From Eledone cirrhosa (Eukaryota), in NCBI GenBank assembly GCA_964016885.1, contig CAXHJY010000494.1, positions 1 through 61,582 of the forward strand: a DNA stretch of 61,582 bases, written 5' to 3'. The position numbers and the translations under genes were made by a program. Positions 43,361 to 59,600 of the stretch are shown here, in pieces. The notes under the pieces were generated by a model. The model was not told the origin of the DNA and did no database searches. It was given only the letters and a program-made list of their open reading frames with translations. Each line of letters opens with the position of its first letter. The first letter of the stretch is position 1.

Positions 43361-43442
43361 TGCTTTTACCAACGGTTTCACCTCACAAAAGATTGGAAAT
43401 CCGAAGGACTTCCAATGGAAATGTTCGGTTCTTCAGAAAGCA
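43361..43442 (-). ncRNA. Type I hammerhead ribozyme, complete
   Basis: Minus strand: TGCTTT-CTGAAGA-ACC...(ATTGGAAGTCC ttc GGATTTCCAAT)...GGT-GAA-ACC gtt GGT-A-AAAGCA. All three stems form; GUA site. Confidence 0.85.
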
Positions 43443-44071
43443 TTTTCGCTACATAGGACGTACAGTCCCACGACCGGCAAAATATATTGCCTTCTGCCAG
43501 CTAGTGTAGAATCGAATGAGGTCGTAAACTTGACCTACACATGAACTAGCCCTTAGTAGAAGCGGAAGTAAACATAGACGTTTTGTCTATCACGCCACTA
43601 AAAATAGCAGCTAGGTAAAACAATGAACTTTTTCTCTACACATAGGAGGATATATTAAAGGAGATCAATATTACCACAGGTACTAAGTACCCCTGTTGTT
43701 CTATTTTATTAATTTGACATACATATATATATATATATAGTAATAATAATAAATTTGAAGACTAAAATCCAAAGAGGGCTCGATAAGGATAAATATATAT
43801 CAAATATATAAGAACTGTAGAGCAAATATTTATTAAAATAACAGATTAAAGTTTAACGGGATCTTCTGAAACTCAGAAGATCCCGTCAAGGGTGAAAGCA
43901 GCGATTCTTTAATCGATAAGGATTATATATATATATATATATATACAAAACACTAGCACCAACAGTTTTGCAAGAGATGTCAACATGAATGAACCTGTTA
44001 TTTTTATCTAAAGATATTTTTATTCCAATTCCAACCCACCCGTCCCCTCAATCTATCTTATTTCTCATTCT

Positions 44072-44108
44072 TTCTTCTGATGAAGGACTAGCGTCCGAAA
44101 CGTTAATT
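44072..44108 (+). ncRNA. Minimal type I hammerhead ribozyme
   Basis: CTGATGA-a-GGAC tagc GTCC-GAAACGTTA with palindromic stem III. Stem I is weak. Confidence 0.7.
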
Positions 44109-44196
44109 ACCTCTTCCTGCTATATCAAGCGTTAACCTAATATATCCCCTCCATATACTGTACCGATTGTGTTGTTAATTCTGTTTACCTTTTACC

Positions 44197-44258
<62 letters not shown>

Positions 44259-44477
44259 AAAATGTTCAAGATTCAAGACCTCTTTTGGGATCTACCAAAA
44301 GGGGTCGTGAACATTTTGGATCTACCAACTCATAATATTATAATATTATATTATAACATTAAATCATAAATTTGTTAACACTACAAGTGAAGTCATTCGT
44401 TTCCTTTTTTCAAATATACCTAACTGTACCACGGATCTCACACATTTTCCAATATATATATATATATATATATGTAC

Positions 44478-44553
<76 letters not shown>

Positions 44554-44844
44554 GGAGAGAGAGAGAATACATATGTAAACATGTATGTATCTATGCATGT
44601 GCCTGTGTCGTTTTGTATATTTTTCAATGGATACAAATGTTCTTATATCATGTTACATACACCAAAAGTAACAAATCCTGGTTAGAGCAAACACTTACAA
44701 TTAGGATTTACTTTTTTATTAATTCGTATTATTTGAATTGTACAATATGTTAAGAATAAATAATTATTCTCTCTATCTATCTATCTATCTCTCTATCTAT
44801 CTATCTAAAATCCCCGGCATGTCTTTGTATTGTCCCCTTTTCTT

Positions 44845-44892
<48 letters not shown>

Positions 44893-45270
44893 AGAGATTG
44901 AGGGTTGTGAAGAATAAAATTAGAGGGAATTTATAGATAGAGAGAGAGATAGAGAGAGAGATATATAGAGAGAGAAATAGATAGAGAGACAGAGAGAAGG
45001 AGAGAGAAATGAGAGAGACAGAGAGAAGGAGAGAGAATAAGAGAGAGATAGATAAAGAATGAGAGAGATAGAGGGAGATGTAGATGGGTGGGAAGAATAA
45101 AAGAAAAGGTTTCTGGTTGATGCCATGGTTTCTGGGAATGGTAAAAATAAAAGATTATCTCTAACCCATCACCTCATTTCTAGTGGAATATAAGATTTCA
45201 ACAAGTTGACACTATTCTTAAAATTCAATTATATATTCCAAACAAAAGATTTTCAATAATGTTAAAATGT

Positions 45271-45361
<91 letters not shown>

Positions 45362-45460
45362 CATGTGTTTATGTATGTATGCGCAAATGGCTATTATAAA
45401 TATATAAATATACATAAATGTGTGTGTGTGGGTGTGTTTGTGTGGGTGTGTGTTTGTGTG

Positions 45461-45495
<35 letters not shown>

Positions 45496-45592
45496 AAGCG
45501 TGTGTGTGTACATATATACATGTATATATATATATATATATATTTGCAAATGTATACATGTATATATATATATATATATATTTGCAAATGTC

Positions 45593-45637
<45 letters not shown>

Positions 45638-45696
45638 GTGTTTATGTATGTAAGCACATATACGTATGTATATACACATACACACACACTCACACA

Positions 45697-45757
<61 letters not shown>

Positions 45758-46069
45758 CTTTCCTTTTATTGGTAACTTTCTAAAAGCCCGCAAGTTTACA
45801 GAAAGTTAATAATAACGTTGTGAACACTCTTTTTCGCTAATCAATAAAAAGGACCATAGACAAGTATTCAGTCGTTAATTAGATTAGTAAATCACACTCC
45901 ATTTGAAACACATCTTTAAAATGGTTGCCATTTTATGACGTATCTGAAGTGCAATTTTAAAAAGACTACACACTTTTATATTTGGATTTTATTCTCATAC
46001 CATGTCTCAAACTTAAATTTCTGAAAGTATGTGTGATATAGTTTAATGCATTGACTCCTAGATTATTCT

Positions 46070-46263
46070 GCTGCTATTTCTAGCATGCCCAGTGACTGCT
46101 ATCCAGTACGTTACTGGTAGTTTATTTTATCAACCCCGTAAGGATAAAAGGCAAAGCTAAACTCAGAAATTCAGAACTCAGAAGTTCAGATTGTAAATAG
46201 ACGTAACTCGATGTCATAAAGCATGGTGTCCGGCGCTCTACTGATACTGCTAATCCACTGCCT
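46070..46263 (-). mobile_element. tRNA-SINE copy, diverged
   Basis: Family signature present; ends CTAATCCACTGCC. Confidence 0.75.
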
Positions 46264-46742
46264 TCGTGTAACTAGTAATTAAGGGCATTACCTGGCAGAT
46301 GTTGATTTTAGAAATATTCATATTCATGTCGAAATTGTTGGCGGACCTCCGTCGAGTCCAACGATGAGTGTTCAATTTGATCGCACAACGAAACAGCTTG
46401 CTCTCAGAATTATCGTTGTATCTGTAATTCAAGCTAGCTCCTGAATTAGAGATACAATTCTTCTTTGTCAGCTGCGAGGGCTGGAACGATATGTAATAAT
46501 GTCCTCCAGGACACAACGCACCACCAGGAATCGAACTCTCGACCTTACAACCGTTAGTTGAACATGCTAACCAGTAAGCCATACCTTCACTTATGTCTAA
46601 CTCTTAAATTATCAACCCTGCCAAAACCGGCTGTTTCTATGAAATAGAATCACCTATTTTAAATGTTTCCAATTTAAATTAAAATCTTCCAACATAATTT
46701 AATATTAGATCCTTACATTAAATTATTATTTTTAAAATGAAA

Positions 46743-46934
46743 GGGCGGTGGATTGGCAGCATCGGTAGAGGGTCGGGCGCCATGTTTTGACGCATAGAGT
46801 TACGGCCCTTGCCATTCTGAGTTCAAATCCTGCCAAGGTTAACTTTGCCTTTCATCCTTACGGGGTCGATAAAATAAAGTACCAGTAATACACTGGGTAA
46901 TTGCTGGCCTTGTGCCAAAAGTAGAAACAATTAT
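46743..46934 (+). mobile_element. tRNA-SINE, full length
   Basis: GGCGGTGGATTGGCAGCATCGG head, GAGTTCAAATCC B box, tail AGAAACAATTAT. Confidence 0.88.
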
Positions 46935-47156
46935 CTTAATAATGAAATAATACTTTTAGTAAATCCCTCGAAATTATACATTCATTAATTAAAATATAGT
47001 GTATTTCATTAGAAATGTGGTCATGAAAGGGTTAACCTTTTAGTTACCAACCCGGCCAAAACTAACTCTGGTTCTATGAAATAAAATCACCCATTTAAAG
47101 GTTTCCAATTTAAATTAAAATCTTCCAACAATATTTTATATAAGAGCCTAACATTA

Positions 47157-47342
47157 ATTGTTTCTACTTTAGGCACAAGGCCAGCAATCACCCAGTGCAT
47201 TACTGGTACTTTGCCTTTCATCCTTACGGGGTTGATAAAATAAAGTCAACCTTGGCGGGATTTGAACTCAGATCGTAAAGGGACGTAACTATGCTGGAAA
47301 GCATGGCGTCCGACCCTCTACCGATACTGCCAATCCACCGCA
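47157..47342 (-). mobile_element. tRNA-SINE, full length, with TSD and internal microinversion
   Basis: ATAAGAGCCTAA(C/T)ATTAAT at ~47140-47158 and ~47344-47362. Confidence 0.88.
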
Positions 47343-47944
47343 AATAAGAGCCTAATATTAATGTACTATCTTAGTAATGAAATAAGTTATACTTTTAGTA
47401 AATCCCCTGAAATGTTTCATTAATTAAAATAGTATATTTCATTAGAAGTGTGGTCATGAAAGGGTTAAGTTACTATCTTAGTAATGAAATTATTAATACT
47501 TTTAGTAAATCCCTTGAAATTCTTCATTAATTAATCAAAATATAGTGTATTTCATTAGAAATGCGGTCATGAAAGGGTTAAATAATAATAATTTATTCCG
47601 TCACTGTGTCGATTCTCCAACATTTTGGAACGGAATTTAAAGAGTCACAACCAAGAACTGGAACGAAATATGAGTTTATCAGAAATGCTAAACTTTGTAA
47701 ATCGTTTTAATTTTCCGGAGATGTTTTAAAAGGTCGCAATAAAACAGGAGAGAAAATTCAATCAAATACAAACACCTGCGTCTTCACCTCACTTCTATAA
47801 GACAAGACGCTTCGCTAGTTGTTCCATTATTTAGCAAAAGAAAATGTCGTTATATTTCCTTTCATTTTTAGTCTATCTCTCCACCTGAGTTACTTCTTCC
47901 CGTTCTAAGATTTCGAAAGATATTGAAATAGCTATTTTAAACGG

Positions 47945-48075
47945 TCAGGCGATGAATTAGTAGAACCGTTAGAACGTTAGATAGAATGCTATGCGGTATA
48001 TGTTACGGCTCTCTGAGTTCAAATCCCACCGAGGTCAACTTTCCTTTTATTCATTCAAGGTCGATAAAAATGTGC
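47945..48075 (+). mobile_element. tRNA-SINE, diverged
   Basis: B box plus CGAGGTCAACTT...TCGATAAAA body. Confidence 0.7.
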
Positions 48076-48571
48076 CAATTTAGTTCTGGCGATCGATTCT
48101 TCCTCTATATCTCTTTCTCGCTCCCATTCTCTCACTCTCTATCCTTCTCTGGCAGAAACCTTCTGCATTCCCACCTGGAGAGTAGATGGGCTCTGTCCGG
48201 TGTTAAAATGCCCTAGAAACGCCATATGTCAATACGGCGCCCCTACGATATCCTTGTGAGTTACGAGACTGTACCATACATTTTTATTGGTTCACAAAAA
48301 AGGTAGCGAGGAATTGGCAGAGTGATTACAGGTGTCAGATAAGAATTCTTTGTGATATTCATTTCAGATTTCTGCGATCTAAGTTTAAATACATCCAAGG
48401 TATTTCTTGCCTTTCATACTTTTGAGTCCTCTACTGCGGTTATTTCTTCCTCAATCTCCATCCCTCTCCATCTCCATCTCCCTCTCTCTCTCTTTATATA
48501 TATATCACTCTAATTCACTCCCATCCACTGCCCACCCCCTCTCTCTCTCTATCTCTCTCTCTCTCTCTCTC

Positions 48572-48614
<43 letters not shown>

Positions 48615-48881
48615 TCTCATTCACTCCAACTCTCACCCTCTCTCTCTCTCTGTGAAGAAATTGATTGCACTCAGAGATAGAGAAGTTTGTGCTATATATG
48701 TATGTGTGTGTGTATATGTAAGTGGGTATGTGTGAATGTGTATGTGTGTGTATGGGTGGGTGTGTTTATTAGTGTAGAACGAAGAAATCTATGAAATAAG
48801 AAAATAAATGACTTTAGAAAAGATGGTATTTAGAATAGAACAATCAGAATCAAATGAAGACAGCAAAGACAGAGAGATAGT

Positions 48882-48954
<73 letters not shown>

Positions 48955-49125
48955 ATGAAGGGAAGATATAGGAATATTGATATACATATATATATATATG
49001 TGTGTTAATATATTGTATATTTACTCCAATAATTTTGAGTGCTTTATATCAGTTATAAAAATATTTTGCCTGTTGTATCCCAACAAATTAATATCTCTAC
49101 ATATATATATATATATATATATATA

Positions 49126-49370
49126 GGAACCAGTAAGACCCCGACAGCTGAGCTCAAGCCATTTCGACGGCTAATTCTGGACTTAAAAAAAAAAAAAATA
49201 AAAAAATAAAAAAAAAAAAGATTTTTTTTTAGTCCAGAATTAGCCGTCGAAATGGCTTGAGCTCAGCTGTCGGGGTCTTACTGGTTCCTATTACCCACTC
49301 TACTACCTCAAGTATTGAGTACTTTGGTGCGTTATGGTCCACCTGGTTCCTTACCACATTTCCTCCGTTA
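49126..49370. mobile_element. Fold-back cassette in (TA)n, family C
   Basis: ~49126-49190 mirrors ~49222-49289. The tail is shared with ~16563-16750 and ~30000-30150. Confidence 0.8.
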
Positions 49371-49381
49371 TATATATATAT

Positions 49382-49416
<35 letters not shown>

Positions 49417-50031
49417 TGGGGGAGAGAGGGAGAGAGAGAGAATGAGCAGAAGATGTAGGAAAAATATATATACAGAGAGAGAGTGAGAGTGATAGGGAGA
49501 GAGAAGGAACGATTAATATAGGAATAGTAGGGGGGAGATAGAGGGGGAGACAGAGAAAAGACAGCAGAAAAAGAGAGAGAAAGAATCAAATATATAGGAA
49601 GAGTGGGAGAGTGAGAGAGGAAAAGAGAATGAGAGAGAGGGAGACAAAAAATAGAGAGGCTGAACAAGAAGAAATCATAAACGTACCTAATATAAGAAAG
49701 GGCGACATATACCAAAAAGAAATTACCATTTTTATTAAGTTCATTTATATAAAAAAAATAATTCTTAATAAAACTCATTTTATTATGTTTTGTGAAAGAA
49801 TTTGAGAGACAATAGGTCAAAATATTACATTACCTTTTATTCTCATTATTTTTATGAAATTGGTTATTTTTTGTGTGTAATTATTAAATCAGAACAGAAT
49901 TTAGAATACGTCGGCTGCTTGCCTAACGAAAAAAAAACTCAAACAAAATGGTGGAAATATAAGGTGAAAGTAAAGACGTAAGGAAATCTTGAAATAAAAT
50001 ATAATTATACACACACACACATATATACAGT

Positions 50032-50084
<53 letters not shown>

Positions 50085-50235
50085 GAGAGAGAGAGATGAG
50101 AGAAGGAGGAGGGAGGAGAGAGAGAGAGAGAGGAGAGGAGAGATAAGATGAGAGAGAGAGAGAGAGAGAGAGATAATTATATATATATATATGTATGTGT
50201 ATATATATGTGTGTATTTATATATATACACACACA

Positions 50236-50272
<37 letters not shown>

Positions 50273-50315
50273 GTATATATATATATATTATATATATATA
50301 TACATATGTATATAT

Positions 50316-50438
<123 letters not shown>

Positions 50439-50460
50439 GTATATATATATATATAATATA

Positions 50461-50856
<396 letters not shown>

Positions 50857-50863
50857 ATATATG

Positions 50864-51088
<225 letters not shown>

Positions 51089-51150
51089 GTTTTGCGAGGT
51101 TTTTTATATGAAATCGTGTGTCGAAACAGATATTGTTATATTTGCGGGAG

Positions 51151-51278
51151 GGTCATATTTGCGTAATATTGCCAGAATTAATAACAGAACACACTCACTG
51201 TTTGGTTGGTTTTCGAAAACCAACCAAACAGTGAGTGTGTTCTGTTATTAATTCTGGCAATATTACGCAAATATGACC
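51151..51278. repeat. Near-perfect palindrome between (TA)n tracts
   Basis: GGTCATATTTGCG...GGTTTTCGAAAACC...CGCAAATATGACC. Confidence 0.9.
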
Positions 51279-51734
51279 TCCCCAAATATAACTATATATA
51301 TATATATTGTTAGAAAAGGAATGGGATTAATGACAATGGCATATGTAAGACAAGAAGCAAGATAAGAAGCAAATATATATAAATTATGCTTTAATGGTTA
51401 TTAAAGGGAACTCAGAGGACCGCCATTTTCAACAATATAGTTACCGTAAAATAAAGTACCAGTAAAGTATTGGCGTCGATATAGTCGGATTTGCTCTCCC
51501 CGTGTAAAAATGCTGGCCTTGTGCTTAAATTAGAAACCATTGTTGTTGAAATAGCGTGTTGTTTGATCCTCTGTTTTTTCTTCTCATTATCATTCGAGCG
51601 AAAAGTTCCTTGTCAGGTTTAAACGTATGTTTAACCAGGTGACATATTATGCCTGCGATACATCTAAAGAAAAGATCAAGAAATATGACCAGTTGCTACG
51701 ACAATTTCCTAGCAGTTCCTGTATATTAAATTAC

Positions 51735-52135
51735 AATCAGAAGACTTTGCTCAAACCACAGTGTCACGAAGTGGACTTTAACTCGAACCAAAAGGGTGTG
51801 CTGTGATCTACTTCTTTAGGATCATAAGAATTTGTTCAAACTAAAGTGTCATGAAGTACTATTAAACCCGAATCAGGCAATATATGAAGGCGGAGAGCAG
51901 AAAATATGATGTGATCTATTTATTTACGATCATAAGAATTTGGTCAAAACCAAAGAGCTATTAAACCCCGCATCATGCAATGTATAATGACGACGAGCAG
52001 ACAAAATATGATGTTATCTATTTATTAACTATCATAAGAATTTGGTCAAAAGAAGATGTCACAAAGCAGTATTAAACCGAATCACGCAAAATATTAGTGG
52101 ACGAGCATTAAAATATGGTGTGTTGTACTTCTTGA
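51735..52135. repeat. Diverged ~85-110-bp tandem repeat, four copies
   Basis: ATCATAAGAATTTG-like anchors near 51737, 51821, 51930 and 52032. Confidence 0.75.
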
Positions 52136-52624
52136 ATAATTTCAATATTTTCCAGAGTTTCCTATAATTATTCTAATATGATCTTCCGCTAATAATAATT
52201 ACAGTAGAGAAAAAATGTAATATTCAAAACCATTGACCTTTTTTATTTATTATAATTTTTTTTAGTTTTTCGTTTGGTTTGGTTTGGTTTGGTTTTGCGA
52301 ATTTTTTTTCTTGTAAACAACATGTTTTTTTCTCGAATAATCAATATAACGGATCCATTAAAATTATCAAATTTTATATTTCATGCCCAGCTATTGAAAA
52401 CATTAACAATTGTATGCAGCTTCCATATATTTCCCTGATGTGTTTACAAGGAACTGTGAAAGACTTCCATATTCGTTTATCGTCTCTGATTCGCCATCCA
52501 CGACCAACCTCCCAAACCTTGGTTAAATGAAATATTCAAATATTCCATTACATGACCGAAAAGGTTCTTTTTTCAAAGCAGTTTATGAATATTTTACATT
52601 AATTTTTTTTAACGAAGACAATTA

Positions 52625-52692
<68 letters not shown>

Positions 52693-52916
52693 GAAGGGAG
52701 GGTGTGAGAGACAGCGACAGATAAAAACATAGATAGATACACACATATATACATACACACATACATACATACACACATATATACACATATACATGTATAC
52801 ATACATGTATACATACATATATACATACACACATACATATGTGCTTGGTGTATTAAGGTTGATCCAACGGTTTGACATTTGTCTGTGTGCTACAAATTCC
52901 TCAGAGTTGAATTATA

Positions 52917-52965
<49 letters not shown>

Positions 52966-53064
52966 GTATATATATAAGCAGAGGGGATATTCAATTTGTT
53001 GGTAATTCAACAAATATAAATGTTTATAACTGATTCAGAGCACTTAACAGTTTTCTGGAGTATA

Positions 53065-53410
53065 ATATATAATGATATTAAAATATATGGAGACTATATT
53101 TATAAAACCATATTTATTCTATTATATATATTTCAAGGGTACCAAAATTGTGGTACGCTATCATCAGATAAAATACGACGTGTGTTTATAAATTTTGACA
53201 TAACCAAGGAGAATATACCTTCACGGTTCAAGTTATCCTTGGATAACTATCCACGGATAACTTGAACCGTTAAGGTATATTCTCCTTGGTTATGTCAAAA
53301 TTTATAAAACACACGTCGTATTTTATCTGATGATAGCGTACGAAAATTTTGAAATATATATAATAGAATAAATATGGTTTTATAAATATAGTTTCCATTT
53401 ATTTTAATAT

Positions 53411-53418
<8 letters not shown>
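53065..53418. mobile_element. Fold-back cassette with HHR motif
   Basis: ~170-bp arms centred near 53250, adjacent to (TA)n. Confidence 0.85.
53113..53173 (-). ncRNA. Hammerhead motif; mirror copy with stem II deletion at ~53321-53368 (+)
   Basis: Minus strand: TTTTAT-CTGATGA-tagcGTACCA caattt TGGTAC cctt-GAA-ATATATAT-A-ATAGAA. Confidence 0.6.
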
Positions 53419-53491
<73 letters not shown>

Positions 53492-53694
53492 TTATATATA
53501 TATATATATACATTTATATATATATATAAATATATATATTTATATAGGTGTTATATAGTAAGGTGTATTATTGGTTGTGTCAAACGGTCCAATAAATTTT
53601 TGTTAGCAATATTAAGTTCTCCACGCCTTTGTATATCTCCAATTCCATTTATGGGAACAGCTAGATGATGTAAAACGGAGTATTTGTATCAAGA

Positions 53695-54052
53695 AAGATC
53701 CAAAGGCATGGTATAAATTTCCAATCATTTTAATCACGACACATGTTTCAATAAGAGATAAATTGATCGTGTAGCCATGATCGATTATCACTGATCTCGT
53801 CAGGTGAAAATGAATTGTCTTCAAATCCTTGATATGAGGGAAAAAATTCACGATGTTCACTTACAGAGTTTAGTCCACTCTGTGAGAGAACATCGTTAGT
53901 TTTCTCCCTCATATCAAGGATTTGAAGACAATTCATTTTCACCTGACGAGTTCAGTGATAATCGATCATGGCTACACGATCAATCTATCTCTTATTGAAA
54001 CATGTGTCGTGATTAAAATGATTGAAAATATATACCATGCCTTCGGATCTTC
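53695..54052. mobile_element. Fold-back cassette with an HHR in each arm
   Basis: ~160-bp arms centred near 53870, between (TA)n tracts. Confidence 0.85.
53939..54012 (+). ncRNA. Type I hammerhead ribozyme with long stem II
   Basis: TCAC-CTGACGA-...GATC atggctacac GATC...-GAA-ACA tg TGT-C-GTGA; GUC site. Mirror copy on the minus strand at ~53733-53807. Confidence 0.75.
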
Positions 54053-54085
54053 ATTTTGATATCATCGATATTTCTTCGCATTAAC

Positions 54086-54127
<42 letters not shown>

Positions 54128-54191
54128 TTATATATACAGTATATATATATAATTTATATATATATAAATTTATATATATATAAATTTATAT

Positions 54192-54248
<57 letters not shown>

Positions 54249-54581
54249 CTTAATGCATAATGGAGATGCATAAGAAAACGAAATGTATATATGCGTGTGT
54301 ACATACCTATATATATATAAATATATATATTATAAATATATATATATATATTTATAAACATATGGTGTATGTGTGTGTGTGCGTGTGTATGTGTGGGTGT
54401 GTACATGTGTGCTTCTGTGTGTCAGTGCCTCAGTTTATGTGTGTGTGTGTTGGTCTTTTTGTCATTAGTTAGAATGTTTATGCGGTTCCATTATTTTATT
54501 CTGACAAAACTTCCACCATCTTGTTTGCAGGAAGTTTGCATTTTATGATGTTAATATTGTTTTTTGATATGCTACAGAAAC

Positions 54582-54620
<39 letters not shown>

Positions 54621-54848
54621 CGTATATATACATGCATATGCATATATGTATATATGTATATATATATATATATAATTATATTATATATATTGTTATGCTT
54701 TGGGAGGGTCATGTTGCCAATAAGAAACACACGCACCAGTTGCTTTCACTTCAATTTATTATAATTAAATTTATAAATTTAGGAATTTATAAATTTCCGG
54801 TTGGTTGGTTGGTTGGTTGGTTCCACAGCCAGACGATTGTTCATATAT

Positions 54849-54892
54849 TGTCAAAGTTCTTTCGTCACACATTATGTGACCTCTTCAGTGAC
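54849..54892 (-). ncRNA. Minimal type I hammerhead ribozyme
   Basis: Minus strand: GTCA-CTGAAGA-g-GTCAC ataatgt GTGAC-GAA-AG aa CT-T-TGAC. Confidence 0.8.
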
Positions 54893-54971
54893 TGGTGATT
54901 ATTTTCTTTGTTTCTGTGCCTCTCCTTTGTTCTGTCCTACGCCATCTTGTTATATATATATATATATATAT

Positions 54972-55039
<68 letters not shown>

Positions 55040-55335
55040 GTAAATATACATGCATATGCTTATATGTATATAAATATATAATTACATATTGATAATTACA
55101 TATATATATATACATATGACTCGGCTCGGTCGAAAAAAAACAAACGATTTTGCCATCATAACATAATGTAAAATGTAAACTTCCTGATAGAATGGATAAG
55201 AAAATAGTGGAATGTTAACCGAAATAATATGCTTGAAACACATAAATATCGTATGAAATAATAAAAGGAGCCTTTCAGCGAGGCCAAATCATTCTTTCTT
55301 CCGGAAATTATACCAAAGGGACTTACTCATGCATC

Positions 55336-55457
<122 letters not shown>

Positions 55458-55603
55458 TTATATATATATACATGTGCGTGTGTGTGTATATATATATGTA
55501 TATATACATATATATATATATGTAAGTATATACATATATATTTATGTGTGTGTATATGTATATATATACATATTTGTGAATATATATGTATTTATAGTAT
55601 ATA

Positions 55604-55636
<33 letters not shown>

Positions 55637-55650
55637 GTATATAAAATATG

Positions 55651-55685
<35 letters not shown>

Positions 55686-55762
55686 ATGTATATACACATA
55701 TGCATATATATATACATATATACATATATATATATACACATGTATAAATACATATATACGTA

Positions 55763-55803
<41 letters not shown>

Positions 55804-56226
55804 CTGATGATAAATATGCTGGTGATGAGTCGGTGGTGCTAGTCGTGTTTATGGTGGTGGCGATGCTTGTGGTGGCGATGGTGGTGGTGGTGGTGACAGT
55901 GATGGTGTTGCTGCTGGTGTTGCTGCTGGTGGTGCTGTAACCTATCTTGCTGGAAGTCATCAATAATACAGAGCCATTGTCAACTGATATGAAGGGTCGT
56001 GGTTAACAGTTGTATTTCCTTTCTTTCCTTCGCTACTGACATTCTCTTTCAGCCAACTCCTAGCTAACCATACCACAGAGGATCCAAGTCGTCGACAGGG
56101 ATACAAGCTATTTTCTACTTTCTCTCGTCTTTACTCTCTTCTCTCTCTGGTTCTCTTTCTCTATTTTTCTCTCTCTTCTCTCCTCTCTCCTTCTCTCTTT
56201 ATTTTATTTTCTCCTCTCTCTCTCTC

Positions 56227-58352
<2,126 letters not shown>

Positions 58353-58734
58353 CACTCTATCTCTACACACATTATCTTTCCTTGACATATACACACACAC
58401 ACACATATATAAACACAAATACACACAAACACACACACGCATACACATTCACACATACACACCATACACTGCTGTGTCAACACACCATAATACAGTGTCA
58501 TTTATCACGCTCTTCCGGTTCCTTTTTTATCTCGATTTATATTTTTTTTTATGGATTTTCTGACGTTGGCCATTTTTTTTTTTTTTCGTAGAAGCGGGAA
58601 AGAATGATCGATTAAATCATGACTGTTATTTCGTATTTATTTTATCGATCCAGGAACAATTGTAAGTGACGTGTATGATGGCACACACTAACGTGTAATG
58701 TGTAATCAACGAAAAACGCTTGATCGATTCAATT

Positions 58735-58858
58735 TCGTTCGATTTACGCGGACGTAGTAGACAACAGCACAACACAATATATGGTGTCATGACTTTCAAG
58801 CGATACAATCTGATATTTATTTACGACTATTGTCAACTACGTCCGCGTAAAACGAACG
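58735..58858. repeat. Imperfect inverted repeat (MITE-like)
   Basis: CGTTCGATTTACGCGGACGTAGTAGACAA versus TTGTCAACTACGTCCGCGTAAAACGAACG. Confidence 0.6.
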
Positions 58859-58969
58859 GAACTGCATTAAGCTTTCGTTTTAGTTCACGCTACACATAAA
58901 TGCGTCGGTTAAAGTACTTTGAGGTATTAATTTTGCTTTCTGCTCTCTCAGTTCAAATCTCGCCGTGGT

Positions 58970-59600
58970 TCTGAGGACGATAAAAAAGTACCATGCTAGT
59001 ACTGAAGACGATAAAATAAGTACCAGTTTAGTCTGAGGACGATAAAATAGTACCAGTCTAGTACTGAAGACGATAAAATAGTACCAGTCTAGTACTGATG
59101 ACGATAACAAAAAGTACCAGTCTAGTACTGAGGACGATAAAAAAGTACCATGCTAGTACTGAAGACGATAAAATAAGTACCAGTTTAGTCTGAGGACGAT
59201 AAAATAGTACCAGTCTAGTACTGAGGACGATAAAAAAGTACCATTCTAGTACTGAAGACGATAAAATAAGTACCAGTTTAGTACTGAGGACGATAAAATA
59301 AGTACCAGTTTAGTCTGAGGACGATAAAATAAGTACCAGTTTAGTCTGAGGACGATAACAAATTACCAGTCTCGTACTGAGGACGATAACAAATTACCAG
59401 TCTAGTTCTGAGGACGATAAAAAGTACCCTTGTAGTACTGAGGACGATAAAAAAGTACCATTGTAGTACTGAGGACGATAAAAAAGTACGAGTATAGTAC
59501 TGAGGACGATAAAAAAAAGTACCAGTCTAGTACTGAGGACGATAAAAAAAGTACCAGTCTAGTACTGAGGATGATAAAAAAAGTACCAGTTTAGTACTGG
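58970..59600 (+). repeat. ~31-bp minisatellite (about 20 units) derived from a SINE body
   Basis: Unit AGTACTGAGGACGATAAAA(T)AAGTACCAGTCT. Preceded by the SINE B box CAGTTCAAATCTCGCC and followed by GGGTCGAT. Confidence 0.88.

Noticed and set aside
58970-59600. CRISPR-like array, or tandem HHRs (each unit has CTGAGGA)
   Set aside because: No unique spacers and no cas genes. No stem II or GAAA after the CTGANGA. Explained as a SINE-derived minisatellite.
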